A stretch of DNA of 64,000 nucleotides from Octopus sinensis (taxonomy: Eukaryota). A model generated the notes under the pieces. It was not told where the DNA came from. It worked only from the letters and a program-made list of their open reading frames with translations, and did not search any database. The stretch is taken from positions 68,076,001 through 68,140,000 of the forward strand of contig NC_043005.1 in assembly GCF_006345805.1 (NCBI RefSeq), written 5' to 3'. How positions within the stretch are numbered: position 1 is the stretch's first letter; the number at the start of each line of letters is the position of its first letter. Below are positions 24,627 through 37,720 of the stretch, piece by piece. The translations under genes and the position numbers were made by a program.

Positions 24627-24968
24627 TCTTTTACTTGTTTCAATCATTTGACTGTGGCTGTGCTGGAGCGCTGCCTTTAGTTGAAGAAATCGACCCCAGG
24701 ACTTATTCTTTTTAAGTTACGGGAACGTAAACACACCAACATTGGTTGTGAAACGATGGTTGGGGCACACACGCACGCACACACACACACACACACACAC
24801 ATATGTATACTGAACAGGCTTCTTTCAGTTTCTACCAAATCCACTCACAAGGCTTTGGTGAGCCTGAGGCTATGGAAGAAAACACTTTACCCAAGGTGCC
24901 ATGCAGTGGGACTGAACCTGGAACCATGTGGTTGGGAAGCAAGCTTCTTACCACACAGAGCCACTCCT
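24627..24968 (-). mobile_element. SINE family A, full length
   Basis: Reverse-orientation head, internal (CA)n and tail. Confidence 0.85.
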
Positions 24969-25624
24969 GTTCACATTATTTTGAATTAATTGTGGATTAT
25001 CTCTTGGCTTTCAGACTTCAGTGATATGATTGTTTATTTTCAGAATGATATTGTAAGGTAGGTGTAACAGGTCATACCTTGACAATTTGATCATAAAACA
25101 AGCAGAATATTTGAGTCATGTATGGACAGTTTAAATGCTAAAACATTAAGGCTGATCTTGGTTACGCAATCAATGACTGGTACTTATTCTTATTACTGCT
25201 CTCCTAACACTGGTAATAAAATTTAAGACCATCTTGCTGGATGAGTTTCACAGAGACCGATATATCTGTGATTCTACTGTCACTTTTCCATTTCTTTTTC
25301 TCTGTGTGAAACTTGAAACAACAAGGCAAACAATACTTTTATCAAATTAGAAGTTTTTTTTTTTTTAAATTAGATGCTTCAATGACTATGATAAATTATT
25401 ATTGATATGGTTGAAATATTCATGACTAACTAATCTTAAGTTAAGACTTGAACATATTTTATCTTTTAATATTTATATCTACTTTGTGTTTTGATCAGTG
25501 TGATTTCAAAGCATTTTCAGTTTTAATCCAATTTAATAGTTTCAACATATTCAGGAATAGCACACCTAATGGGGTTTGGAGATGAAATCAGTCCAACATA
25601 ATGTATATATAAACAAGCATCCTC

Positions 25625-25980
25625 TTGCTTCCCAACTACATGTCTCCAGGTTCAGTTCCACTGCACTGCACCTTGGACAACGTGTCTTCTTCTATAGCCT
25701 CAGGCTGACCATAGCCTTGTGAGTAAATTTAGCAGATGGAAACTGAAAGAAGCTCATTATATATATATATATATATATATATGTATTTGTGTGTATCTGT
25801 GTTTGTACCCTGCCACCACTTGACAACCAGTGTTGGTGTGTTTATCTCTCTAACTTAGCGGTTTGGTAAAAGAGACTGATAGAGTAAGTACTGGGGTTGA
25901 TTTGTTCAAGTAAGTGTTTTTTCAAAGCGGTGCCCCTGCATGGCCGCTGCCTCATGACTGAAACAAGTAAGAGATAAAAG
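25625..25980 (+). mobile_element. SINE family A, older copy
   Basis: Same head, body and tail with more substitutions. Confidence 0.8.
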
Positions 25981-26023
25981 GTAAAACATTTTTTAAAATG
26001 CTCATCACTCAAAATGAGGTTAA

Positions 26024-26606
26024 CCCCTTGATGCCGGTATTACCCGAAGCATGTGAGACACTGTTCCTGTTTTTTTTTTTTCTAACGAGGCCACACAAAC
26101 ACACAAGTGCCAACAAGCTTGCGATGTTTGATGTGACTACGAGGGAGTTGATGTAGGTCTTGGTCGTACAGACGTTTGACGCGACGAGTTGGTTGCCGCA
26201 GGTGTTGTTAGGCACGATGACAAGCGTAAATTCACTGATTGAGGACCGAATGGCAAACGCAGAACTTGTAATTGATTTGAAGACATTTTGAATTATGATG
26301 CATTTTCGTTGGAGACTGTTACTGTTATACCTCCTGTACCAATGCATATGCATGTAAAGTATCCGCATATCATTGGTTTATTGCTAGTGTCATGACTTGA
26401 ACGTAACCTAAAATAGATAAGATAATGCAAAGGAATGGCGAACGTGCTCACCTCGAGATAAAGTACACGATAGCGAATGTAAACATACGTCAGTCGCTAA
26501 AAAGTCTGTGATATATGTAGGGCCGCTCTACATCTTATATTTATGCTAACCACGTCTACGCAAGCAAAAATATGATCTTATATTTACGCCAACCGTTGTC
26601 AAGAGG
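26024..26606. mobile_element. piggyBac-like non-autonomous element
   Basis: TTAA at 26020-23 and 26607-10, TIR CCCCTTGATGCCGGT / ACCGTTGTCAAGAGG, subterminal direct repeat ATCTTATATTTAYGCYAACC. Confidence 0.8.
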
Positions 26607-28164
26607 TTAAAAGCACAAATTTTAAAACATTAAAATTTTTTTCTTTGTCTTTTTAAAATTGTATCAACACATGAAAATGACTAGTGAACGTGGCAAAGTG
26701 TATACTGGGGCATTCAAAACCACAGACTAAAACCAGTGAAAATTTGAAATATTATAATGACAGAAGATATTTATGTGAAGGATATGTTTAAAATAAGCGT
26801 TCATTTTTAAAAGTATGTAGTATAAATAAAGACCAGAAAACAGAATTTGAATTATTCAATAAAAATGAAAGCTTAAATAAGATTTCTTAGAATTTGCCAA
26901 CCTAATTCTAAAGAAGATTATACACTGACCTTAAATTAATTAATCACTGCTTTAAGACCTTTTTGCTAACAACAATGGAAGTTATAGAAAAAGAGGGGGG
27001 AAAAGAAGGAGGAGGAGAAGAAATCATCAATAGCTTCAATGAAAAGAAAATGTCAAATCCAGAATCTGATTTCCTTCAGCTGTCATGAAGATAATAGAAA
27101 AGATTTTCGGGGATATTATTTATTAATGTTACTCAGTGTTTCAATTAAGCCTTGAGGTTTTGAAAGGAGTTTTGTGTTTGCTCTCAAAGGACTAAGTGTT
27201 TTTATTTCTTCCGTTGGCATTACAAGTGGTGTTTGGGAATTGAAGAAAACTGTAGAAGGGACTTATGGTCTTTGGTGGAATAACTGCAGGAAGTTAATTA
27301 ACATTTCTAGAAATGACGTGACCGAGGGAATATTCATGCTTTCCTGTATTTACGTAATATTTTTCATAAATACACTATATGTGCATGCATGTGCATGCAC
27401 GCGCATGTGTGTGTTTAAGGGTAATTGTTGCATTATTGCATTTGTTGATATCAAGTCTGAGTGCATTGGCTTATTGTAGTAGAATTGGGAGAGCGTCAAA
27501 AGAGTTTTATCTGGGTTCATATTTCACCTACCTGGGTTGATTTGCACAGTTATTCTTCTAGGACCACTAGTAACTTTGATATTTGCTACTACTCATTTCA
27601 CTGAGCCAAGAGTTTCACAGATCTGATGATAGTCTTTACAAAATTCTTTAGCCTGATGTAAGAAACCATTGTAATTGTTGTGGAGTGGCAGAAACAATGG
27701 ACCCAACTAAATACTAATGAGCACTTAAATTTGTTCTAATTTCTGTATTTAATTTTGCTGGGTTAATTTTTTTCCAAATTTAAACTGCTCAGTACTAACC
27801 TTTCCTTTGTCTGGGAGTGAACAGAAATTGTACTAGGATTGTACTTGCTCAGTTTGGTCAACCATAGTACCCTTATTTATAACCTGAGATAACTGATAGA
27901 ATGTTATAATAATGTGATAACTGCTACTAATAATAATAATCCTTTCTGCTATTGGCACTAGGCCAGCAATTTTGAGTAAGTGGGGTTCTAGTTGATACCA
28001 TCATCTCCAATACACAACTGGTACTTTATTTTATCGAAAGCAGTAACTCATTTCAGAAACACAGAAAGGATGAATGGCAAAGTTGACCTCAGCGGCTTTT
28101 GAACACAGAAAATGAAGGTGTACGAAATGCTGCTGGACGTTGTGTCCAGCATACTAATGTTTCT

Positions 28165-28392
28165 TATTTGTTTATTGCCCACAAGGGGCTAAACATAGAG
28201 GGGACAAACAAGGACAGACAAAGGGATTAAGTGGATTACATCGACCCCAGTGCGTAACTGGTACTTCATTTATCTACCCAAAAAGGATGAAAGGCAAAGT
28301 CGACCTCGGCGGAATTTGAACTCGGAACATAACGGCAGACGAAATACTGCTAAGCATTTCGCCCGGCGTGCTAACGTTTCTGCCAGCTCATC
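28165..28392 (-). mobile_element. Young SINE family B copy among older B-like remnants (~27945-28550)
   Basis: Near-consensus B sequence flanked by diverged B-like sequence. Confidence 0.85.
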
Positions 28393-29585
28393 ACTTTTAG
28401 CTTCTACTGATAATAATGATTTTAAATTTTTGCACAAAGCCAGCAATTTTAGGGGAGGGGATAAGTCAATTGCATCAATTTTAGTGTTCAGCTGGTACTT
28501 ACTTTGTCAACCCTGAAAGGATGAATGGTAAAGTTGATAACAACATTATTACTTATGCGGATATAGTTGAGATAGTCAAATACCAAGCCAAATTCTTTTA
28601 CAGAATATATTTTTCAAAAATCATTTCATCTTTTACAGCTCTGAGTTCAATTCACACCATGGTTGAATTTGCTTTTTACCACTCTGTGTAGAAACAGAAG
28701 TAGTTGAAGCAAATAATCATTTACAAATATGGTCTTGTATTTACAAATTGAACCAATATTAGTATGTAATATTCATCATCATCATAATTTTTTTTTTCTT
28801 AGTGGTTTCCTGTTTTGGTATGCTAGCATAGTTCTTCAGATTTGGATATTAGTATGCAAATTGTTTGAGTAAGTGTTTTCACAGCTGGATGACTTTTCTT
28901 AGTGTTAACTGCTCAGCTGCGAAATGGAATTTCTATATTTCTGAAATGAGTTATTGCTTGAGAATTATATATTGGTCAAACTATTATAGATTGGACAACC
29001 TATTAACCTCATCACGAATGTATTTGTGTTGAAACTGTGCATTATGTCCGCTTCAGGGTTGGCGTGTTCAATCATAGCACAGACCAAGTGTGCATGAAAA
29101 TATTTGATAATTGAAAATGATTAAAGAATATACTAATCAAAAACATAGTGCAAATATAAATGCAAAAAAAAAACAATAAATAACATCAATCCAACTTTAT
29201 GAAGCAGATTGGTGGAATAGATTAGTTATTAATCTACCATATCATGTTTGATTGTGCATGGGCATTGCCAGAATATTATTCTGTCTCATTTCGGATGGCT
29301 GTGGTGAGTCGATGCTAGAGCTTCAGAGAAAGTTAACTGCATAAGGAAAGTATATTATTGTAGAGACCAAGATTAAAACTTCTCTAACTATCTGTACCAA
29401 GCATGGCTGTTTGGTGAAAGAGTTTACTTTACAGCCATATTGTCTTGAAGGCTCAATCTCACCGTGTGCATGTGAGATTTTGTTGTTAAAATTTATCTAC
29501 AATAAATTGGTTACACTTCTATTCACAAAATTTTTTAACAATTTTTTAATGCAATTTCTAATAATATTTAATTAAAGTATGATGT

Positions 29586-29890
29586 GGAGGTGCAATGGCC
29601 CAGTGGTTAGGGCAGCGGACTCGTGATCGAAGGATCGCGGTTTCGATTCCCAGACCGGGCATTGTGTGTCTTTATTGAACGAAAACACCTAAAAGCTCAA
29701 TGAGGCTCCAGCAGGGGCTGGTGGCAACCCCTGTTGTACTCTTTTGCCACAACTTTCTCTCACTCTCTCTTTCTGTTTCTTGAGTAACGCTGCAATGGAT
29801 TGGCGTCCCGTCCAGCTGGGGGGAACACATATTCCACAGAAACCGGGAAACTGGGCCCATGAGCCTGGCTAGGCTTGAAAAGGACGACGT
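29586..29890 (+). mobile_element. tRNA-headed SINE family D, V-domain-like
   Basis: A box TGGCCCAGTGG, B-box-like GTTTCGATTCC, GCTGCAATGGATTGGCGTCCCGTCCAG (V-domain-like, from memory). A related body lies at 59790-59990. Confidence 0.7.
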
Positions 29891-30075
29891 TTATCGTAAA
29901 GAAGTATGATACAATTAAGCATGGTTACATTGTGAAGGAATTTATTTTACCGTCATGTTGTCTTGAAGGACACTGTGGAACTTTGGCCAAGTGTCTTCTA
30001 TCATAGCTTTGTGTTCATCTAAGTTAGTGGTTCTCGACTGGGGGTCTATGTGAAATTTTGTTGTTAAAATTTCAT

Positions 30076-30220
30076 CATAATCATCATCGTCATTTAACGT
30101 CTGCTTTCCATGCTGGCGTAGGTTGGACGGTTTGACTGTGGACTGGTGAGCCAGAAGGCTGCACCAGGCTCAATCTGATCTGGCAAAGTTTCAAGAGCTG
30201 GATGCCCTTCTTAATGCCAA
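30076..30220 (-). mobile_element. RTE LINE 3' tail
   Basis: CATCATCGTCATTTAACGTCTGCTTTCCATGCTGG...GCTGGATGCCCTTC. Confidence 0.8.
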
Positions 30221-30224
30221 TGTG

Positions 30225-30363
30225 TCTGTCTGTTTCTCCACCACTATTGCTTGAGAATAAGTATCAGGCTTAAAGGAAGTACTGGGGTTGATTTGTTTGA
30301 CTAAAAGTTTTCAAGGCAGTGCCCCAGCATGGTCGCAGTTAAATGATTGAAACAAGTAAAAGG
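30225..30363 (+). mobile_element. SINE family A 3' portion
   Basis: AGTACTGGGGTTGATTTG...AAGGCAGTGCCCCAGCATGGTCGCAGTTAAATGATTGAAACAAGTAAAAG. Confidence 0.75.
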
Positions 30364-30644
30364 CAATTAAGGAATAATTCTCAGAATGCCTGCATGAAAA
30401 GAAGGGAAAAACAAAACATGGACATTGCCTTTCCGTCCCTGATTAAGACATAAAAATATAAAGAATTAAAAACCTAGGATCTTCTGAAAAAAATCTGCTT
30501 TGAAAAGAAACCAGTTGGGGGCTATTTTATTTTTAGCATGCAAGGTTGTTACAGCCGTTGATGTTCAACTTTTACATATGAGGAACAGTGGTTAAAAAAA
30601 ACAAACAAACAAAATAATGATTTGTGTGTGTTATCTTTTTAAAA

Positions 30645-30845
30645 CTTTTTAGCATTTAAACTGGTCATATCCAGTCCAGATACTTGTTTTATGTCAAGAT
30701 CTGGCCTCTTACACCTACCCTACAATGTTATTCTAAAAATATACAATCACATCATCAAAATCCTCAAGGCTATAAGATAATGCATGATTAATTCAAAGCA
30801 ATGTGAATAAATAAGCATTACATTTGACAGAGCAATCTGAATGAG
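30645..30845. mobile_element. Degenerate piggyBac-like MITE, empty homologue of 11711-12460
   Basis: Colinear with the two flanks of the pogo-like insertion at 11831. Confidence 0.55.
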
Positions 30846-31500
30846 TAAATACTCTGAGTAAATTCTTTCTAATTTTGTAATATGGGATGTAATTACTGGC
30901 ATAAGAACACCATTCTCTAAATAAGATTAGAAGTTAATTATATATAATAACAAAAACTGGTACTTTCCTCTTATCAACCGTCAACCAAAGGATTGCTAAA
31001 TAAACTCTTACATTTGTGGGACGGGTGTAATTGTTGATTGCTGGACTTTCGGAATAGCTATCATTATCTTATGAAGAAGGAAAAAGGTAAGGAATTGGGT
31101 GATTGTTTCCTTCTGTGAAAGTTCATCAATTACATGTGTCTCATGAGTGTAATAGTTTATCTACTCAACTTTTAGTAATTAAAAAAAAATATGACTGTTG
31201 ATAATGGGACAGTACCCAGAAACTATTATGATAATTGTTTACTGAAGTTTTTTAATAATTAATAGAGGAGGAGTTTAGTAAAATAGCACTTTACATATAA
31301 TGTTTGGTAAGGTAGTAAAATGTTGGCATCAGAAACCAAAGCTGGCGTGAAGTTTGAGAGACAGTGTTGAAAGATCTAATCATTGTATGGCAGCAGTGGC
31401 TAGACCACAATTAAGCAGTGCTAATGACTAAAGGATTAATACAAATATCTCTCATGAAATTGGTTAGCTTAAGCAACATTGTAGTTTGTATTTATGAACA

Positions 31501-31897
31501 ACTAGCAGTATAGCCCGGCGTTGCTCAGGTTTGTTTTCTTTTCAACCCTTTTGAATTGGAATTTTTGAAAAGTAAAAATTTTGCATTATGTAGCTTGTTA
31601 TTCTCTTTAAGTGAACATTTTTCTGGTTGAAATACACCGAAAAATGGCGACACAGCAGTCAATAAATCTTTAAAGATAGTTCATAGAAAAAAAGCACCTT
31701 TTTGATGTAAATAATTTTTGGTGTTAACATGGTCCGATTTGAATTTTTTCTTCTACGGAATGAAGTGCAAGCCTTCTTCTATCATACGCTCAATTTTGAT
31801 CAATTTGCGCCACAGGGTCTCAGAGGAGATAGTGTTAGTTGAAGGCTACCAAACCTGTCACACACACAACTTCAGCTTTATATATATATATAAAGAT
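31501..31897 (+). mobile_element. Non-autonomous Helentron/Helitron-like element
   Basis: ACTAGCAGTATAGCCCGGCGTTGCTCAGG ... CACACACAACTTCAGCTTTATATATATATAAAGAT. Confidence 0.65.
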
Positions 31898-33659
31898 TTG
31901 CAATGTCAGTTTCTTACACGAAAATCAGCATAGAATGTAAATACAACATATTGATGATTTAGTTCATTGATATATGGCAGGCAACAGAAACTAGTCAATA
32001 GAGAATGCTTAATGGCATCATGATTTGTATAACATGTAATAGCCAGTGGAACAGTTGTGGCTGTATGATGTTGTATCCTATTGAAATACTCTACATGCAA
32101 CCTGCTGAAGAATGTGTAACTTGTATTAGCAGAACAGGTACAGCAGAAGCTGAAATGGCTGTGGTTATGTGTTGGTGTAGCCAACAAAAATGGTGTTTCA
32201 CTAACTGCTGGATAACAAAGACTGTAATGAAGCCATTATATTCAATAATTAAAAGGGTTAAAAAAAATATCCACTAAGTGATGTATTTCATATTCCAGAA
32301 ATTGTTACCCATGCAGAGTAATCAGTGAAGAAGTGTTGGTCAATCAATTCTTTCTTTTATTATATCATAATTAGCTTATATACAGAATGTTCCATTGTTA
32401 AGTCATTTTATTTTTGGTAAAGAGTGAAGAAATCCCATTACGTTAGAAGGAAAAAAAACAGACTTTATTGGCTCAGTTTGGAACATAAATACTAGCAGGA
32501 ATTATCAAAGGAATATATGTGTTGAACATGGCACTAGTGACAGTTTTCAAAGGAATGTACAGATTGATGTGTGGTATTGTTACACTTTAAAGAAGGAGCT
32601 GGTTTCTCAAAGGAGAAAAGGATATATATATATAACTTCAATAGGGAAGAGCCATATTTTTTTTTTGTTGTTCCACTTACAGACTGTTATTTACAAAATG
32701 CTTGTTGTCACTTGCCGTGCTTGAAATCCTGGTTTGTTTGTTTAATTGTGCATGTGTGTTTGCATGTTGTGTGTGAATAGATTTACGTGTGTAGTTGTCT
32801 CAGATAGTTTGCACACCAAATAACTACATCAAACAATGTAATATTTAGTTTACCATCTTATTGTCTGTGATTCATCTCCAATTAAGACATACACCCCTAC
32901 CTTGCCTAAATGAAAATTTATGGTAGTTCAGCTCCTTCTTCCTTCTCTGAAATTGTTTGATGACGAACACTGCTATAAATCCATAGAAATTTTTGGACTT
33001 CCCCGTCAACAACTCTCTGTCTTTCTCTGGTGATATACAGGCATTTAATTTTTCCATTCTCTTTTTGTTAGTCTCTACCAGTCTCTGTTTCTCTGTGTCG
33101 ATAGAGAGATAGAGAGAAACGAGAAAACAACAGAGACAAATAAGCATGTGCTATATGTATGTTTTTACATATATATATATCTATATATTTGCATACATAT
33201 ATGTATGTATGCACACACACACACAATTACATGCGTATACAAGTATATAAACATACACAAATGGTTGCACATGTGTGTGTGAACATGTGTGTGTGTGTAC
33301 ATAGATATAGATACGCATGAATATTTACATAGATATTCAAAGAAGTAGGTAAAAACAACAAAGTTTATGTCGAAGACTTTTTGTTTCCTTTTGAAGATTT
33401 CCTTTGATGTTGTAAGTACTCTGATGTTAGTGTAGTTTTGACTTAATTATTCAGCCACGTGTATGCACATGCATTTATACATGCATGCATGTATTTTATA
33501 TTTTGCCTTTTAATTCTTTGTGAGAATTGATTTTGTTTTGAATTCTTATTTTGTTCTTCATTTCTTGAAAGTTCTATTTGTTTTTTGTCAAAACATTTAT
33601 CTATAAAAATGAAATCAAAGAATCTACAGCCCTCCTATTCTCTCTCCCTTTCTATCTCA

Positions 33660-33767
33660 TTTTTACATACATACATATATGTGTGTGTGTGAGTATATAT
33701 ATATGTGTATATATATATAAATATATGTGTATATGTATATATATGTATATATATATAAATATATATG

Positions 33768-33812
<45 letters not shown>

Positions 33813-33875
33813 ATATATATATATGTGTGTGTGTGTGTGGTGTGTGTATATATAATATGTATGTATATTTATATA

Positions 33876-33910
<35 letters not shown>

Positions 33911-33986
33911 GTATGTATATTATATATGTGTGTGTGTGTATATATATATATGTATGTATATTTATATATGTATATATGTGTGTATA

Positions 33987-34023
<37 letters not shown>

Positions 34024-34138
34024 ATGTATATATGTGTATATATGTGTATGTATATATGTGTATATATGTGTATATATATATGTGTATGTATATATGTGTA
34101 TATATATATGTGTGTGTGTGTGTATATATATATATATA
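33660..34138. repeat. Large compound (TA)n/(TG)n microsatellite abutting the LINE 3' end
   Basis: About 480 bp of TA/TG dinucleotides. Confidence 0.95.
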
Positions 34139-37100
34139 CTCTTTTACTCTTTTACTTGTTTCAGCCATCCGGCTGAGGCCATGCTGGGGCACCGCCCTTG
34201 TTGCCACCCTCTCTAAGTCCAGTTTGCCGTGGCTGGCCACTGATCTAAGAGAGAGTTTGTAGCTGCTGTCCTTAGGTTACCTTCGTACCTTGCAGTGGGT
34301 TCATCTGGGATCCCGGAAAGCAGCTTGTCTAGATGTTTTTTGAAAATGTCCACATCCGCATCATGTAGATCTCTTAGTTTTCTTGGCAGTTTGTTGAACA
34401 GCTGAGGGCCCCTGAACCCCAGGCTATTACAGTATCTGCTCCTTACCCTGGATGTGGAAGACGGGACCTTTGGCACCACACAGTGATGTCCTGTACGGGG
34501 ATTGGAACAGCTCTCAATTCCAAAATTTGGTGCTAGTCCCTCCAGGATTTTCCATATGTATATCACTGCATATCTCTCTCGTCTTCGTTCCAAGGAGTAC
34601 ATATTGAGTTCCCTAAGCCTCTCCAATAGTTCTTTTCTTTCATGGTGGAAATCCTCTTGGTGAAATGTCTTTGGATTGTCTCAAGCTCTGTGGTTAGTTT
34701 GACACTATGCGGTGACCACAGTGGGAGCAGTAGTCCAGGCGGCTTAGGACAAATGTCCTCCATAGTGTCAACATGGTCTCGCAGTCTCTTGTCCGGAATG
34801 TCCTCAGGATCCAGCCAGTGAGTCGTCTGCACATTGTCACCACCTTCGCGATGTGTGAAGAGAAAGATGCATCGTCACTCATGTCTATCCCCAGGTCCCG
34901 TATTGATTTCGATACTGGGATTTCGATCCCTCCTGGACCAGTATAGTTGTGTTGTAATGTATATGTGTTTACAGCTTGATATTGTAAGGCTTGAAATTTA
35001 CCAGCATTAAATTGCATGTCTTCAGCCCATTTGTATATGGCATCCAGATCTTGTTGTAAAAGGTCAGCATCAGCTGGGTTTTTGATTGCCTGTGCTACCT
35101 TTGTGTCATCAGCATAGCTAGTGAGGGATGTTGTTTGTGCTACCAAGGGCATGTCAGAGAGCGCCACCAAAAACAGCAAGGGTCCCAAGACTGTGCCCTG
35201 TGGCACCCCGCTTGCTATTGGTGTCTTTCCCGAGAGGGCTCCATTGGCTGCAACCATCTGGCTTCTGTCCTTCAGGAAGTCATGTATCCACTCACCTACT
35301 TTTCCTGTTATGCCGAGTCTGAGTAATTTGTGACATATCACTCCGTGGTCGACTTTGTCAAAGGCCTTCGCAAAGTCGAGATATACCACATCCACCTGTG
35401 AGCGATCCAGTAGTTGTTTCAGTACCCAGTCGTAGTGTTGTAACAGCTGCGTAAGGCAGCTTCTTCCTGGGCGAAAGCCATGCTGTGTGTCAGTGAGACG
35501 GTTAGTTTCTTCGAGGAACGTGATCAGTTTTTTTTCTGATGATTCGTTCCATGACCTTACTTATGTGTGACGTCAGGGAGACTGGCCTGTAGTTTTTGGC
35601 CTCTGCTCTACTCCCTCCTTTGTGGATAGGGCATATGGTGCCTTCTTTTAGCGCCCTGGGCAGTTTACCGTTAGCCAAGGAACCACTGAAGAGATTCCTC
35701 AGTGGTCCCGCTAGGGCATGCCTGCATGTTTTTAGGAGGACTGCTGGGAATCCATCTGGTCCAGCAGCTGAGTTTATTCTCATTTCTTCTATGGCAGATA
35801 TTACATCCCTCTCTGTTATGTCTATGTGGTCGATGGTTGTTGTTTGGTTTTGGAGTGTTGTGGCATCAAAGAAAACTTCTGGGTTTGTGATTTGCATGTG
35901 CCCCAGAGGGGATGTGAACACACTTTTATACTGTTCCTTTAGTATTTCACTTATCCCTTGGGGGTCCTCAGTTAGAGAGCCCTTTTTATCAAAGAGTGGG
36001 CCAATCTTGCAGTGTACCGAGGTGGTTTCTTTCGCAAATTTAAAGAAGGCTTTAGGGTTTGTTTTAATATTCTCTATGGCCCTGGCTTCTCTCTCTGCCC
36101 TCTCCTTCTCATAGGAAAGTTTGAGTGCAGTTTCTGTTTCAAAAAGTTTCAGGTGGAGTCCCTCATTGTTTCTCTGCCGTGCATTCAGTTGCTTCGAGAG
36201 CTTAGCTCTTCACCTCATAAGTATTTTCCTGTCTCTGGGAATAACGTTCCTATGCCCGCTGGCTTTTTTCTCCGGGACAAACTTATGGCATATGTTCTGT
36301 ATTGTTGTCATGAAATGTTGGAAATGTGTGTTGGTGTCTTGTGTGGTGATGAAGTCACTCCAGTCATGTTTTCGGATCTCTTCGTTGATCTTCTTCCAGT
36401 TTGCCTTATGGAAGTTTAGACTGGATAGGCCTGTGGTATTTTCTAATGGCTGCGTCTCAACTAACTCTCTCATACCATATATCATTACCTCTACTAAGTT
36501 GTGATCTGAGAGAATTGTTGGTGTTACCATTATGTTGTGGATGAGCATCGGGTTGCTTGTGAAACAGAGGTCCAAGACATTCTCACCTCTTGTTGGCCGA
36601 AGCACTGCTTGTTCCATGAAAAACTTGCGTGTGAGAGCCAACAAGGACTCTGTCTGTCTCTGTTCAAGTGATGTCATTCCAGGGAGGAGATGGCCATCTG
36701 GCCATTTGACTTTCGGAAGGTTAAAATCTCCCAGCAGTAGAATGGTGTTACCCTGGTCCAGTTTGTCCAGGACTTCTTCTATTCTTCTGAGGCTATCTTC
36801 AAACACACCTTCATGACTAGGGGTGTCTGGTGGCCGATATGTGACACATATTACTATTTTCGGTGTTTCATGTGTACTATCAGTGTGTCACAGACTGAGT
36901 TTGAGTGTGTCAACAGTACTATGGGTGTGACATCTTCACGGACGTACAGGGCAACCCCACCATGAGTTCTTTCCTTCCTGTCTGACCGAAAAACAGTATA
37001 CTTTGGTATGTGTATTTCTGCATCTGCTATACTGCTTGACAGGTGCGTTTCAGTCAGCGCTATGCATATTGCATGGTTGCTTGTGCTTAAGTCCCTAAGG

Positions 37101-37364
37101 TAAGGAATTTTACTCATATTAGTGGGTTTCACCAGACCTCTGACATTCAGCAGAAGCACTGGTGAGATATTTGGGGTGTCAATAAAGGCTGTCGGTGTGG
37201 CACCTGGGCTGGTGTCAGCGGTGGCCACCCTGGGTCCCTTGATTGTGGTGGTCTTGAGTGCTGTTGTGAGTGCCCCTGGCTCTGAAGACGATGTATCCAG
37301 GCCAGTTGTCCCACAATTTTCTCTGCTATTTCCACAAAATTTCTTTGTTCTGCTGCCGCAGAAC
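34139..37364 (-). mobile_element. CR1-group LINE: ORF1 C-terminal remnant, near-complete ORF2 (APE endonuclease plus RT) and 3' tail, disrupted
   Basis: EN motifs LLNVRGL, IALTETHL, RSDRKERTHGGVALYV, LLGDFNLP, DLCFTS and SDHNLV. RT motifs YRPVSLTS, YLDFAKAFDKV, SGVPQGTVLGPLLF, SYADDTK, LERRRERY and GPQLFNKLP. About four frameshifts and one in-frame TGA. Confidence 0.92.
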
Positions 37365-37409
37365 ATATATATATATATATACACATATACATATGCATAT
37401 ATGTGTACA

Positions 37410-37720
37410 GGGCGTCACCAACAGTAAACAACATGAAATATGAAAACAAATGAGTTCAATATGCAAACAACGAGAGAAACAAATGGAAAACAGAACAAGT
37501 AATATTAAGAATGACCCTTCATCAGTTGTCAGCTATCTATCCCTCATTTCGAGCATTGAATGACAGTATGGGTCTTCGAAGACAGTTGCTCCCATAACTA
37601 CCAAAATAAAATTTGGGATATTTGGAATGTCAAAGTTGCTAACAAAAACAGGACAGTGGAAACTGAATGAAAACAAACATGGAGGGTCATGAGATCAGAA
37701 CAAGGGTAAAATAGCGAATG
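37410..37720 (-). repeat. Probable Penelope-like terminal-repeat fragment
   Basis: Contains CTGATGAAGGG on the minus strand but no complete ribozyme. Confidence 0.3.

Noticed and set aside
29586-29660. tRNA genes (also 51513, 52938, 43952)
   Set aside because: A and B boxes are present, but there is no complete cloverleaf and each continues into a SINE body.
32005-32277. 90-aa Cys/Trp-rich ORF in non-repeat sequence
   Set aside because: There is no domain pattern and no convincing splice sites.
33578-34262. Long YI/CV-rich ORFs (also 476, 19697, 49238, 61331 and similar)
   Set aside because: These are translations of TA/TG/CA microsatellites, which lack stop codons in some frames.
37500-37560. 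Hammerhead at CTGATGAAGGG (minus strand)
   Set aside because: There is no closing stem II or downstream GAAA-stem III-NUH.
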